A DNA stretch of 52,102 bases, filler included, from Bipalium vagum (Eukaryota), in assembly GCA_037834085.1 (NCBI GenBank). It is 3 parts of 3 records of this genome, joined end to end, with 100 filler letters (N's around TTAATTAATTAA, not from the genome) between each part and the next. Parts side by side here need not be neighbours in the genome. Positions count along the whole stretch, not along the records: positions 33,292 to 52,102 come from JBBMKC010018522.1; 2 more parts are not named here. One strand, 5' to 3'. Made by a program: the position numbers and the translations under genes. Under the pieces are notes generated by a model, which did no database searches, had not been told where the DNA came from, and worked only from the letters and a program-made list of their open reading frames with translations. Each line of letters opens with the position of its first letter. The first letter of the stretch is position 1. Positions 35,401-49,118 of the stretch are shown here, piece by piece.

Positions 35401-38400
35401 AAGACAATTCAGATAAACAATTGATTAATTTCTTATTGATTATAATTTAATATATGACTCATCTCAATAATAATATACAAGTATAAGTTTGCTTAAGTTT
35501 ATTGAAATGCAGCAGGACGTCTTATTTGAGCTACATGATATTAATAATCAGCAAGAAATCTCCGTACAACCTGATATTTAGCAGAATGTATTGCCATATT
35601 TATAGATGGTGGAATAAATTTCTCTTGCACTGTATTATGCCCCCAATGTAAAAAAATTATGACTCTGTATTTTCAAACATAATATATTATTTAAAAAATT
35701 TTTTTAAATATTATTTGTACTTTTCATTTTACTTTCAGTATAAATTGAAACCGTCAATCATTATATTGTTTTATTGAAAGTGCTCTTAAATAAATAAACG
35801 TACAATTATATATTTATATTTATTTATCATGAAAAATCCTCGTTGAGATTTAATTAAATTCAATAAGATAACTCACAATGGAAATTCTAATTCTTAGAAT
35901 TGGAAATAATACTTAGATTTCGAAGAATTGTTAGAGTTTTTTGGAAATTACTGTAAAAACATTGGTACAAAAAAAACCATGTAATAAATATCATATTTTG
36001 AGGCTCATTTCCGACTTGGCAAGTAATGTCAACATTTAATTATATTTTATATTCTGTTCATTATCATTATCAACCAAATATGAATTAAGATAATCATATT
36101 TTATTATCGTTCTAATAGATAAATTATTATATTATATCATGAAAAGATAACGTTGATAAATAATTCATAAAATTTTCTATTCTATGAAATAATGTTAGAA
36201 TAATAACAACAATATTTCTATATATTTACAAAATAATAAAAAAAGAAATTTCACACTTCAAAAATTAATACTGGATGAGAATGAAATGAATAAAAAAATA
36301 ATATTTTCTCTATAGTTATTTTGAAAATGAAAAAATATGGAAAATTTCTTCTTTTTTAATTTTTTAATGTTGTTCTATTTATTTAAATTAAAATCCTTTT
36401 TCATTTTAATTAAACGATTAATCTCTATTATGGTTTTAAGACGGTTCGAGACTGTTAATTGAAATATTTTTGGGAACAATTCAACTGAAACATAAACGAA
36501 GATGAAAGATCAATGATAATATCAAAAATGATTACCTGTTACATCTAAATAAACCTTTAGATGTGAATAGATCCTTAGATCTTATTAAGAGAATAAAATC
36601 ATGTAGAAATTATGATTTTAGTCTGAAAAATATTTATAAATAAATAATGGATTTTGTTCTCATTCAAACAACAAAACAATTTATTTTGTTCTTTTGGAAA
36701 TCCTAAACGACTCCGCCTCCTCTGAGCTGTAATTGCTTCGTATATTGTAAATGAATATGTTATTATTTTATGTTTTAAGTTCATTGAATTCAGACTCATG
36801 GCTCATTAGCTGAACAGAATATGCTTTTCTTTTCCTTTTTGAAAATCATTTTTACAAAAATTTTTCAATTACAGTAAAATATTTCCGTAAAAAATTTCTG
36901 TCAGGATAAAATCATCAGGAAAAAATATTAATTACACGTAAAAGGATTGATCAAAGGTGACAATGTTAATCCCATAAAACTAATAATTATAAAAGCAAGA
37001 CATATGGGAATTATATATGATAGGTCAAACATGGAGAAAAGATAAAACTTAATTAATACATAAGAATATCAAAGGATTTTTCTTATAAAGCAAAAATTTA
37101 AATATGAGAAAAATTCATAAAACCAAAAAATTCGTAGAATAATAATGACGTAAAAAATATATATGTTAAAAATAATTATAATTTTTAAAATAATGATTAT
37201 AAAAATATTTAATATTATTTAATAATTTCGAAAATTATAATTAAATCGAAATATTTTCAGATTTTTTGTTTAAAATTTATCCTATTCCTTTTGAAAACAA
37301 TTCTTTCACACATTAAATGCATTTTCCAATATGTTACCAAGATTTTTGGTCTCAAATTGATATGTTTTTATAATCAATATAATTTTGATATTATGTTTTG
37401 ATGTTATCCAACTTAAACGACCTCTTTTTAATTTAAAAAATATTACCTAAAAACAAACTTGACAATACCTTTTATTTACAACTTTGTTAATAAGTTGAAT
37501 AAATATTTCTTTTATTCTCATTTTTATGATAAATTTAATTATATAACCATTACATTATTGTTACTAAAAAAAGACTATGCACTCAAATGCACACCGTAGA
37601 CATGCTCAGAAATGGTTTAAAAATAGCAACATAAATTAAAATGGAAATTCTCTTAAAAAGAAATAAATATTTTATTGTTTTTATAACACTCAAAATTTTA
37701 ATAAAATGTGCAAAACACATTAAAGTGGATCAGATCAAAATGAACTATAATATCTCTCATTTCAATTATTTGATGAATTACTTTCATAATTGTAAAATTA
37801 ATTTAATTTAATAATTTTAAAATCTTTGGTTAACCTACAAAATGTCAGACTAATATTTTGGGTAATTGCTTGTCATTTTTACATAATATTTCATTTATAC
37901 TTTTTTTTTGTTCTCTATCAATGATCTCCGAATGAAATTTCAATTATAAAAAATTTATTTTGACAAATTAATAAAATATGAAATCACTATTTTATTCTGA
38001 TTGATAATAAATATGAGGAAAATTATTATATATATAATAAACAATGAATTTATATTTTTAAAAATTGTTAGGTTTAATCTGATTTAATAATTTCAGTTTT
38101 CATTAGAAATAATTTTTAAATATTCATAATTATTTGTTACATTATTATCAACAAATTTTGGATTAAAAATATTTTTTAATTTTTTCCGAAAAGATTTAAA
38201 ACATTTTCATCTGATGTTTACTTCAGTTAAATAAATAAAAAAAATAGATAAAAAACAATAATAAAAAGGATAAAAAAAACTATTCCTACAAATTCTCAAA
38301 AAATTATTACAGGAAAACTGAATCAGATTTATTTACTCAAATACGAATAATAATTAATCATGAAGAATTATACAATGATTTGTGTGCATCCAATGAAATT

Positions 38401-38472
38401 TTGAGTTTTTAATATCAACCAATCACATTCATATTGACAATTATAATTTATTGATTACTTTTATTTTCTCAG

Positions 38473-39675
38473 AAATTTAAAAAAATGATTCAGGAAAAAA
38501 ATTACAAGCAAATGTTTCAGAGCTTAGACATTCAGCAAATGAACCGAACAATTAGTCCGATCAAGAAACGAACAGACAAAACCAATTTAAAAGATCGTTT
38601 TTCAAAAATCATCAGCGTTTACGTTCCAAATGATGATGCTGAAAAGGTACTGCTTCGGTTTGATGATGATATCGAATTAGAAACCCACGACCATTGTTTA
38701 AAAACTTTACTGCAAAGTCTCGGTGATGGATTGTGTTATCAAGTGGAATTTCTGGGAAGTTGGCAAATGTTTCTTGGTAGAAAAGGTGGTAAAGTTATGT
38801 GTAGCTGTATTGTCAAGTCGACGATGTTCGTAGTTTTTGAAGGCGAAAATCAGATCATTCGATTAATAATATCAGAAAATGAATTGAAATTTGAGCGGAT
38901 TTGGTTTCCTACAGTCCAAACGTTCCCATTGTTTCCCACTGACATCCATTGTACAGCGGATTCGATTTATGTCAGCGGTAAAATCATCGGATCAGAGGGC
39001 TCAGTCCAATATCTCATTGTTCAGTATGACAAGAATGAAAACGTTATCTCTTTTACTCGTCGTTATTCTTTTCCCAAGTTCCACAAATTTGACATTGACA
39101 ACGATGGGAATTTGTTGATTTTATCACCGAGTATTACAGCCGCCGGTGTTAACTCACAAATTTCCAAATTGACCAGTCGATTTGATTCCAGAAAGTACTA
39201 TATCACTTTGGGAGATAGCCAGTCCCGCTATGTCCCGTTATATGTAGCAGCTCACGGGTCCTCAAACAAGGCCTGGGTGAGTTTGCGGAAGCAGTCAACG
39301 GAACCCACTGGAGAATCGGAATATCGACTGATGTGCTTTCGTTGTTGCGTTAAAAATGTCAACGGAAATATGAGTCAATTGCGCACGGCTCTGGATTCCA
39401 GTCGGTGGAAAATGGCTGGATTCAGTATCGGTCCGATGGTTGTTTTGGACAATCACATTTTGGCTATTGATGAAGAACATCACAATTTATGTTATATTTC
39501 CTGGAATGAAGCGGAAGGCTATCCAGTCGTCAAGACAATATCTGCACCGAATTCTCCGTATCTGATCAATATGTGTTCTGATGGTACGGAGTATGCATTT
39601 TTGTTTACGGAAAACAGTGTTTTTCGTTTCCGGTTTCAAGAGCAACTTATTAAAGAATCAGAACTTTTTGTTTGA
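38473..39675 (+). CDS. Uncharacterised protein, probable divergent NHL-like beta-propeller (terminal or sole coding exon)
   Basis: Intact 396-aa ORF, GC-richer than its flanks. An in-frame acceptor TTTTCTCAG lies 12 nt before the ATG. Blade-like units: FPTDIHCTADSIYVSG, KFDIDNDGNLLILS, PLYVAAHGSSNKAWVS, IGPMVVLDNHILAIDEE. The fold is inference; coding status is well supported. Confidence 0.75.
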   Translation, partial: KFKKMIQEKNYKQMFQSLDIQQMNRTISPIKKRTDKTNLKDRFSKIISVYVPNDDAEKVLLRFDDDIELETHDHCLKTLLQSLGDGLCYQVEFLGSWQMFLGRKGGKVMCSCIVKSTMFVVFEGENQIIRLIISENELKFERIWFPTVQTFPLFPTDIHCTADSIYVSGKIIGSEGSVQYLIVQYDKNENVISFTRRYSFPKFHKFDIDNDGNLLILSPSITAAGVNSQISKLTSRFDSRKYYITLGDSQSRYVPLYVAAHGSSNKAWVSLRKQSTEPTGESEYRLMCFRCCVKNVNGNMSQLRTALDSSRWKMAGFSIGPMVVLDNHILAIDEEHHNLCYISWNEAEGYPVVKTISAPNSPYLINMCSDGTEYAFLFTENSVFRFRFQEQLIKESELFV

Positions 39676-42600
39676 AACGGTAATTTTTGATTCAATATTG
39701 ATTATGGTTTTCGAATTTGAATTATTAAAAAATCATTTTTGTCAAGTAAATAAGATTGTTATTTTTCTCTTTTTTTACAATGGATTATCATGATGCATTT
39801 TGGAATTGTACGCAAAATATGGGAACTGAGTTTTAAAGCTTAGAATTAATCTGCATATTAAAAGAAATTTTAAATTTGTAAAATTACTAAAAATTCTAAA
39901 ATAATTTTTTGAGGTCTGACTAAATCAACAATTATAAAATATTTAGGAATATTCATAAAACTTTATAATTAATCACTTGAAAGACTGAAAATTTTCAATT
40001 TGTTTAAATATTAAACATTTAGAAAGTATTTTCAAAAACGATTATGTAATTATTTTGTATTGAAATAAAAATTTATTATCAACTGTACACTATGGTTAAA
40101 ATGATATTGTAACGATCACGAAGAAAAATTGTTATGGTTGAAAATTATTAAATTTCTTAAGTTTTTATTAATTTTTTAATTTAATGAATATATTAATTTA
40201 ACGAAAACCTTAATTTAATTGTGAATTATCTTTAGATTCACATCTTTTGATTTTTATGCACTTCCGAATCTTTTTTTGGTTTTGGACAACAAAATTGTTT
40301 TTCTTGATGCTTTAACTTTATCAAAATTTTATATGGAAACTATTTTTAATAACTTAATTTTTTAAAAAGCATGTCTATTAATATTCTATACTTTATATTT
40401 TTTCTTTTAGAATGAATTATAAATTTAACTTAAAAGTAAAAAAATAATAATCACTGAGAATGTCGACATATGTTATTGAATAAGTGATAAATATAAAATT
40501 CTTAAAAAAATCAATAAAAAATCTTGGCATATTCTGACTAAAATTTAATGAAAAGTATAAGTTAACAAAAGGCAAAACTGAACTTTTATTTTATAAAACA
40601 ATATTTTGACCTCAAAGAGGATGATGTACCAGACCTATCCTATATATATATTTAGTAATTAATTTGACCTTAACCTTTGAAAAGTAACATGAAAACACAC
40701 GTTGATATTTTTTTATGAAGTTTCCTTTTTTATTGTTAAACAAACACTATATCTGATAATAGCACAATGCAATGAAAATCCAGCAGAAGACTTTTCTGAT
40801 AAGTCTAGGCTGAAACAACCTTGCCAGTGATGTCAATAAGTCTCTTGAAAAACTGCTTTCTCGAGATTGATGCTTGAGAATCAATGGAATTGGAGTCCCA
40901 GTTGTCAAAATGAGATGACATTTTAAAAATATGTTAATTTTTTTTTCGCGTCACGTTTATTTTCCTAATCTTTAGCTTAAATTCTCTCACCTTGTATTTT
41001 CTGGTTTCAAAATTTAAATTAATATTTCACTTTTAATAATATATAAATTTATAACTAAAATAATTAATCAAAAAATTAATTCAAAATTATTTTTAAGCGC
41101 TTCGAATGATAGTACTAAATTTTTGATAAATTAAAACAAATTCCTATTCGACGGCAATTAAATGAAATAGCATCAACATTTAAATAACTGAAGCATGATT
41201 TCAACAATTATTGTTATTAATATATAATCAATTATCGATTGTTATTAACAGTTATCAATTAATATTTAATTATCAAATTAAGATCGATCAAAAATTAGGA
41301 AATTCTGTAAATAATTATCAATTACTTACAAAAGAACAAAACTATTTTATTTAATATTCTAACTATCAAAAGAGTCAGTTTATTTATCAAAATCATCCGT
41401 CGTAGGAAGTTGAAATTAGTATTCATTAACAGAGTTTTGTTTAATATCTCTGATTTCAATATTTCAAAATCCTTAAAAGATTTTAGTTTCGCATTTATTT
41501 TAATTTCGTATGATTTATTTTGACTACAGGTTTCAGGAAAGAAATGTTTTTTATTAAGCATTAAAAGGATTTTGAATTATTCAAACAAAAATAAGAAATT
41601 CAATATTTTTCGTTCTTGTACTTATATCTGAAGACCGTTCTATGTTTTTGATAATAGAATAATAAAACTAATATACGATTGTGAACGTTTGATTTTAATT
41701 TTAATTAATTCTTTATTTTCATTTTACATTACAAACTTCGAAAAAGTTTTAATAATTATTTTGGAAATAAATTGATAGTGCTATTAGGTTAACATGGGAT
41801 TTCTGTCAATTAACAATTAAAATATAATAAATAATAATTAAGATCTTAACAAATAGAAAATTATGTGAAAAAAATTTAACTAGTAATCCAATGTGAGCAT
41901 TTATGGTTAAAATTGATCTGTTTGAAAAATGACATTTGTTATCAGTTTAAAAAATATGAAGTTGAAAATTCAATGTTAAGCTTACTCCTCTAATTCTTTC
42001 AAGTATTCATAATTAGAACCGGGTTTTCTTGTCCTTAAGTTTAGTCGACTCTACTAAAATGCTTTTCGAATCTTTCACAATATAACTCAAATTAATGATG
42101 GTAGTACACTGACCACCATAAAATTTGATGACTATGGAAATTAATAAAGACAATTTTTAAATAAACTAGTAAAAAATTTTTCAAACAACTGAATTAATTA
42201 GGAAATAGAACTGGTAATAATAAATTACAAAATCCCTTTAGAAATGGTGAATACTCATTGTAACAATTTATAATTGACTAAACTGAAAGTTTTCCAGAAA
42301 TAAAAAAATTGGGATTTTACTGAAAACTTAAGCAAAAATTATTTATTTTTACAATCTGATTTCTCAGATTTAATCAGAAAGTTAATTCCACTTGTTATCT
42401 TGGTCGTTTTTATAGTTAAAACTTTGTTGATTGATTAGTAAGTAATATAGGATCAATTATTAAAGAATTCGCTATAATGTTCCTCACAAAGTGTAATTGT
42501 GTTCTTGTTTCTATCAAAGTCTTTATCGAAATAATAAACTGTATTGATCGTACAACAAGCAATTCCAGAAATACTGCCAAATATTTTCCAATGGCAATTC

Positions 42601-43784
42601 TTGTATTGCCGTAATGATCAACATTAAACAGATATTTATTACAATACTAAAAAAAGCATCATTGAAGAGTTTCAATGGTGACTATTATATTGAGCAAATA
42701 AATAGAATAATGGATCAGTCACATTTTCACTACTATTATTAACATAAATCGAAATATTATTCTACTATTTTTTCAAAGTAAAATAAACGTAGTGTTTTGT
42801 ACTTTGGCTCATGCCTTATTTCTTTTCTGCAAGGTTAACCAGATTCAAGAACATAATCAAGGTAGTGCAACCATTCGATTCATATCAAAGATGTTAAGTA
42901 TAATCGCTTACACATTCAGTACTACGTAACGCAAAAGTTTGCAAGCATTTTTAAAAAATTTTCTTTTTCTTATTACTAATTATGATGATAAATTGATCTT
43001 CAGAGAGAACTATGAGTTTAAGAGCCAGATATATTCTTTTTTAATTTAGTCTTAACTTCGGGGTTTTTCTAAATAATATCATTGTCTCCATGATTATTCT
43101 CGATTTTTAATTTTATTATCACATAATATTATGAAACATTATTATTTTAATTATTTGAAATTTTAAATACATTTATAAAACTCTTTAAACGATAAGATCT
43201 CTGTTTTTGTTTATTATTTTATTTTATAATTATTGATAATTCTTATTTTGTATAACATTAATTTATAATAGTAAAATTATTAATAATGTATAAATATTAT
43301 ATACTTCTTTAGGTGATTGTACATTTGCTACCCCGATTTATGCCTCTTGTTTTATTTAATCATTTCAAGGTCATTTGGTTACCAACAAAATTTGTAATTT
43401 CCTAAATTCGACAAAATTATGATTATTTTATTTTAGATACATTTTAATTTCAAAAATTCATCAAAGCTAATTTACAAGTACGCTTCTTAAATTTATCAAA
43501 AACATGTCAAGATCAGAAAAGATTAAATTTATAAAGTAAAAAAATCTACAAAATAAATAAATGTACAAGCACGCTTCTCTATGTTCAATGTTGTTACAAA
43601 TACATTATTTTGAAATTATTATTTCTTATATCATGGTTTATTCTCATCCTTATTACTTTATCTTTTATTCACTCATTCTAAATTTTAGGTTTATTAAAGA
43701 AATATATTACATAAAATATTGTGCAAGTATTACACAAATGACAGACAAAATTTAAACACAGAAAATATTTTGTAATGAAATCTT

Positions 43785-44020
43785 TTCGATTACTATCGAA
43801 AAATTGTTGCTATCTTTTATGCAATAACATGATTCCCTTTTTATAAAACTTCTGGTGTTATTGATCGAAAAATGATGTCAGATACGATTTGACATCTTCG
43901 TCTGAAATAAAGTTTTTCCAGTCAAATCGTTTTGTAGAGAACAAAAGAGATAAAAGTCTGACGGTAACTTGTCGGGATGATATAGTGGATGTAATAACAA
44001 ATCCTGTTCAAGTTCCACAC
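43785..44020 (-). mobile_element. mariner C-terminal remnant
   Basis: LLHPLYHPDKLPSDFYLFCSLQNDLTGKNFISDEDVKSYLTSFF...FYKKGIMLL. Confidence 0.85.
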
Positions 44021-44649
44021 ATGCCGCCAAACAAATTTACACAAGCTAAATGAAGTAATGAATTTAAACAATGTTTGAATTACCCAATATTAATAAAAAC
44101 AATATGAGTTTGAGACTTATTACATTCAAAAAATTCTTAAAATTTAACTAAATTTGTGTGTTATCAAAAACCGAAAGAATAAAATAAATATAACTTTATT
44201 TAAAATAAAGTTGATATCAAAATTAAATTATAAGTAAATATTTGACGGGGAACCACTTGTTTGATTTTTTAGCTTAAATTAATAATAATTTTTTTATCTT
44301 ATTCAAATATATACAAATAAGCCTAATAGTTTTGTAAAAGATAAATTATAAATAAAATATAATTTATTCCCTAATTCATTACCGCTTTCCCATATACGAT
44401 GATACTTTTTCGTCAGTAATCAATATATATTAAATATTTTTGTGATAATATCCATATTGTTATTAATTGATGAATGTCTATTATATGATTATTATAATTC
44501 ACGCGATAAAATAAAGCTGTCGAACGTGAGGTTCTCGTCGTTTTTTTATAACACGTATTATATTGTAAATACTTTTATTGTGGATTTAGAAATAATTATA
44601 TATTTATGAATTTATGCGAAAATGAAAACTTTTTATTCTACAAAAATAG

Positions 44650-45365
44650 TGTGAGGGGTGAATCGTTTCCTTTTTTGACATTTTGCTATTCTAACAATAT
44701 CATTTTGATAAGCCATATAAACATTTTTATAAGTGTACCATTATAAAGAAGATACAAGAAATCCTTAGACACTTACAGAAGTAAAATTAAGCCCATGAGA
44801 TTTATGTAGGAACCGTTTAATGACATTATTTTTGATGCTCTCTTTAAATATGTACCGGCAAATTTTAATTTCTCAGCGTAATTAGTTTTTGCTTCAGATG
44901 ATGACAAAGAAGAAAAACATTATGTGGCAGATGTATGGAGCATATGGAAATAAGGCTTGTTTGTTTTGCTAAGGCTACCATTTATAATTGGGTTAAAAAG
45001 TTTGACAATGACTTATTTATGTGAGAAAGTTACGACGGAAGCCAAATAATCTAGAGCTCCTTTTGCATGACAACGATCCCATTTACACTGGTCAGTGAAG
45101 TGTATATGTAATCACTAGAAAAGACTTAGTGCTTGTTTCACACCAACCGTTACAGTCATTATTTGGCTCCTAGTGACTTCTTCTTTAATCACTTGAGGAC
45201 ATATTTAAGAGGACAGAAAATAAAGTTCAAATAGGACCTCTTAAGACTAATACATGATTTTTCCAATGAAAAGGATGAATCTTTCTTCGGAGATATTTTC
45301 ATTTCAATTAGTAAATCAATGGACGTTTGTAAATGATCATCAGGAGTTAAATTATTCATTTGATA
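44650..45365 (+). mobile_element. Degenerate mariner (possibly irritans-like)
   Basis: GAGGGGTGAATCG TIR-like start; LHDNDPIY; SHYLAPSDFF. Confidence 0.65.
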
Positions 45366-45652
45366 TGGTTGTTTTCGAAAATTAAGAATTAAATTTTAAT
45401 GATACATTTTTACTTCTGTTCGGGGAAGTCAAGCAATAAAAAATTATTTCAATTATATAATATTTAATTAAATATTTTAAAATATCTCGTGAATTTCATA
45501 AAATAGTAAAATTTTATTTTGATCTATATTTTTGTCTACTTATTATTTATGAGTAGATATGTAACGATTTTATTTTCATTTTTTGAGAAAAAAAATCAGG
45601 TTACCTAAAATTCAAGAATTTTTAACTAAATTTTTTAAAATCTAAAATAATA

Positions 45653-46520
45653 TTAGGATGAACGAAAAGTTTCTGCGTTTTTAGAGAAAAAATTGCAACA
45701 TATATTTATGGAAAGGAAAATGAAAATTCAAAATATGTTTTTTGATTATGAAAGTCTGAAGTACCATGCTCTGTCCTTGGAATCGAGGAACACCTGGTAC
45801 ACCATTGAAGAAACGTTCCTGAAGAAAATGTGCCATTGATCAAAACAGGTAATAGTCAGATAGCTTGAGGTCAGGCCTGTAATATGTTTTTTACCACGGT
45901 CTTTCTGGTGATATGTGGTTTTGTACTGTCTTGTTGTAAATGTATACAATTTCTTACATAAATCCGCATACTGGTCAAGCTGAACACATTGTATATTGGC
46001 ATTTTTTCTTCTCTGTTTGTAACAAGTTCAAAATGGATTATGCCTTCGAAGCCCCACTAAGCACGCATTAAAGTCTTTTTTGAGAACCTGTATCGCTTTG
46101 GCTCTGATTTTTAAATTTGACCTGAGTATAATCATTGCTTTCTGTTATCTACATTGTGAAAATATCACTTTTCATTGCAAGTGATTATTCTTAAAAAGAA
46201 ACGTTCGTTGCAGGTATTTTTAGTCAGTTTCCAACATATAATAATTGAGGAATATCCAACTCATATGACAGCATATTATTATTTTTGGATGGAATATTCT
46301 TAACTTCTTCAAGTACCCTCTTGCAATTCACGGTTCTGGACCGACCGGTTAGTAGATCATATTGAATGTTGATATGCCTTTTATAATTTTTTGAACTACT
46401 TTTAGGCTTTGTGAATAACGACATCTTTTCCTTCTATGTCGCAAAATCCTTGGCACTTAAGTATTGTTTCCAGTAATAATACAAAAGTATCCAAATTTCA
46501 AAATTTTCCATATTGTTAAA
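45653..46520 (-). mobile_element. Degenerate mariner with 3' TIR
   Basis: TA-TTAGGATGAACGAAAAGTTTCTGCG end; YRPDLKLSDYYLF*SMAHFL; GRSRTVN. Confidence 0.8.
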
Positions 46521-49118
46521 ACATACAAATTTAATTATTAAAACAACTTTGCGAGATATATTTTATAGTTTATATTAAAGCTAATTTAAAAATATGTAAA
46601 TTGATTTATTACTTACCGAAATCAATGAAATATATCAGGTTGCAATATCAATTTACATATAGAGTAAGGTTTGGTAGTTGCCACCAATTTATAAGCAGGA
46701 AAAAAAGGTCAAAATTTTTTAATAAAATACAAAACAATTTTTAGTTGAAAAAAAATGGATTCTGCATTATGGCATAGGGGATTATAAGAACAGATTTCAA
46801 ATCTTTATAATTTACCAGTTAATCTTTAAACTGGTACCAGATTGGGTTAAATGATATTGAGCTTTTTTTCTTAACAGGGATATTTTTCTGGTCAATTCAT
46901 TCATAAAAATGGTTTCTTTAGTATCCGTTGATTTTCAGATGTGTACAAACATGAAACCAATATTGGTTGAAGAAGGTAATTTTTTTGTTTGGAAAAAATT
47001 TTTTCATCAATGTCTCACCTATCCAGAATGTAAGTAGATATTCCTATTGACATTACAAAGAACTCAGCCATATGTTAGTGGACAGATAAAATCAATAAAC
47101 GATTGTATATATGTTATTGACATTGGAAAACCATCGTATCTTGCTGCTTGGTCTGATATTCTAGTCAAAGTTGAACACAGGAATATATTTTTAAGAAAAA
47201 CAACTTAAAATAAATACCAAATCTTTTATCAGATTAATAATAAACAATATTAAAATTAGAACAATGAGGGAAATATGTTCATTGTAACGGTGGTTTCTTA
47301 TTAGAAGATAATAGCTTAGTTTTTATATTCATATTTAGTAAGTATACATTTCATCCAAATTTATCTCTCATAAAGAGATTTCGATTTCTTATGAGGGTTT
47401 TTTATAACATGGTTTCACAGGATTAATATAATAACATATTGAGAAATGGCTGACCTTCCTAATAAACTCTGACTGCAAAAGATTTCTGCGCTTAAAGCAA
47501 TAGGATTCATGCTTATAAAATATTAGAAGAACTGCGATTAAGTAAGAAGATTAATGCGACCAAAATATATATTCAAAGTATGATAATTTAACACAATAAC
47601 TTTTAATTAAGATAAAAAATTTCTTATGTGAAGAGTACCTCTGATAAAAGCAACGTTTAAGCCGAGTAATTTGATGGGACTGCAAACAAAAAGCAAAAAA
47701 CAGATAAGTAAAAAAGATTATCAAGGCGATAAATTCTAACTGAAGCGCTTATTACTATTAACAACTGTCTCACAATTGATGACTCCAGTTTCCGAGAAAT
47801 GGCTGATACTTTATTTCCGATTTTGGTTCAAATCTTGTATTTCAGTCATAGGATTTTATTTAATGCTCGGACAGTAATAGTTTAAATAGACACCAAGGGT
47901 TACGTCAGTCATACCACTCTGACTCATCGATTCAAACCTCACTATTTCGCTTGAGCGCTATTTTCATTTTATTATTTTTCAATCATTTTTAACAAGTTAA
48001 AAATTGTTTTAAAGTAAATGAAAAGGATTATTTACTTCAAGAGATAGACTTGAAATTAATTTAAAATATGAAATAAATAAAAGTAAAAAAAATCAAGCTC
48101 TTGGTGTTTTTTGAAGGAAATATAATTTCTATCTTTTGAATTGGGTTCTTAAAACAACTTTTATATCTGCTTACATATTTTTATTTTAATAAATAATATT
48201 TTTTTAAGTCACAACAAATATGCAAGAAATTTTTAGGATCCTCAATAAAGTACATGTCTTGAGTAACCGCATGGGTATACCAGCAGAAAACACAGATTTT
48301 CAACATGTAGACTTGTGTATTAATAAAAATATTATTCTTAAGTTCAAGATTATTATTAATACTAAGACTCAATTATGACGTTATTTATATAGAAGTTAAT
48401 CTTGATTCATACTTTAATTGAGCTGCACCATAAAAAAACGAATAATAAATATGAAATTATGTTGTTAACTTTTCACAATTAAAGTTATACTATAACTCTA
48501 AAAATCACGTTAAGTTTATTAAAGAAAAGATAATGAATTCATACTTTCCTATGATGATCATTTATTTCAAGAAAAAATATTTTCCGACTAAAAATTAGAG
48601 ACTTAATAGAGATAAACTTTAGCACCAGAGTCATATACATCAAATTTATTATACTCTTTATATCAAAACGATAAATAAATTATAATAAAAATAATTTTAA
48701 AAATTCAATAATTTATAATTATGCATTACAGAAAAAGAACATTTAAAAAATTGTATAAATTTTACTGATATTCAATGTCTCTAACAAGCAAAAATAATAT
48801 ATTAACTATTTTAATTAATAAATACTTGAGTGACTTTTATAAAGTTTTTTTTGAAATTGTATTTTGTTGGTTGATAATTTATTAATTTTTAAAAAAATAT
48901 TAAAATTAAGATTAATTTTTTTTCATTAATCAATTAAAACCGATTAAAATTTTAAAATGCTTAAAATTTATTAATTAAGTTTTTCATTAATTTTAGATTT
49001 GTTTAACTTTATCAACTATAACCTATTTCTAACTAAAATATGACCTTGAATTTTTGAAGAAATTTAAATTAATTGTTAAGCTTGATTACCAGTTTTGGTA
49101 ATTATTGTGTTTAATAAA

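Noticed and set aside
36703-36760. Minus-strand HIHLQYTKQLQLRGG, resembling a ubiquitin C-terminus
   Set aside because: Two stops lie immediately upstream, with no ubiquitin-fold sequence or fitting acceptor; probably chance.
42107-42950. Possible very old Tc1-like element (TA-CACTGACCACCATAAAATTTG end)
   Set aside because: No second TIR and no catalytic motifs recoverable by eye.
43313-43369. Exon-like VIVHLLPRFMPLVLFNHFK as the missing AMPK-beta C-terminal exon
   Set aside because: Only weak resemblance to the highly conserved LLPEPNHVMLNHLY; it lies beyond a gap and another same-strand gene, with no flanking exons found.
46700-47170. Possible Merlin transposase remnant (minus, DIDEKNF)
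   Set aside because: Too degenerate to support without a profile search.
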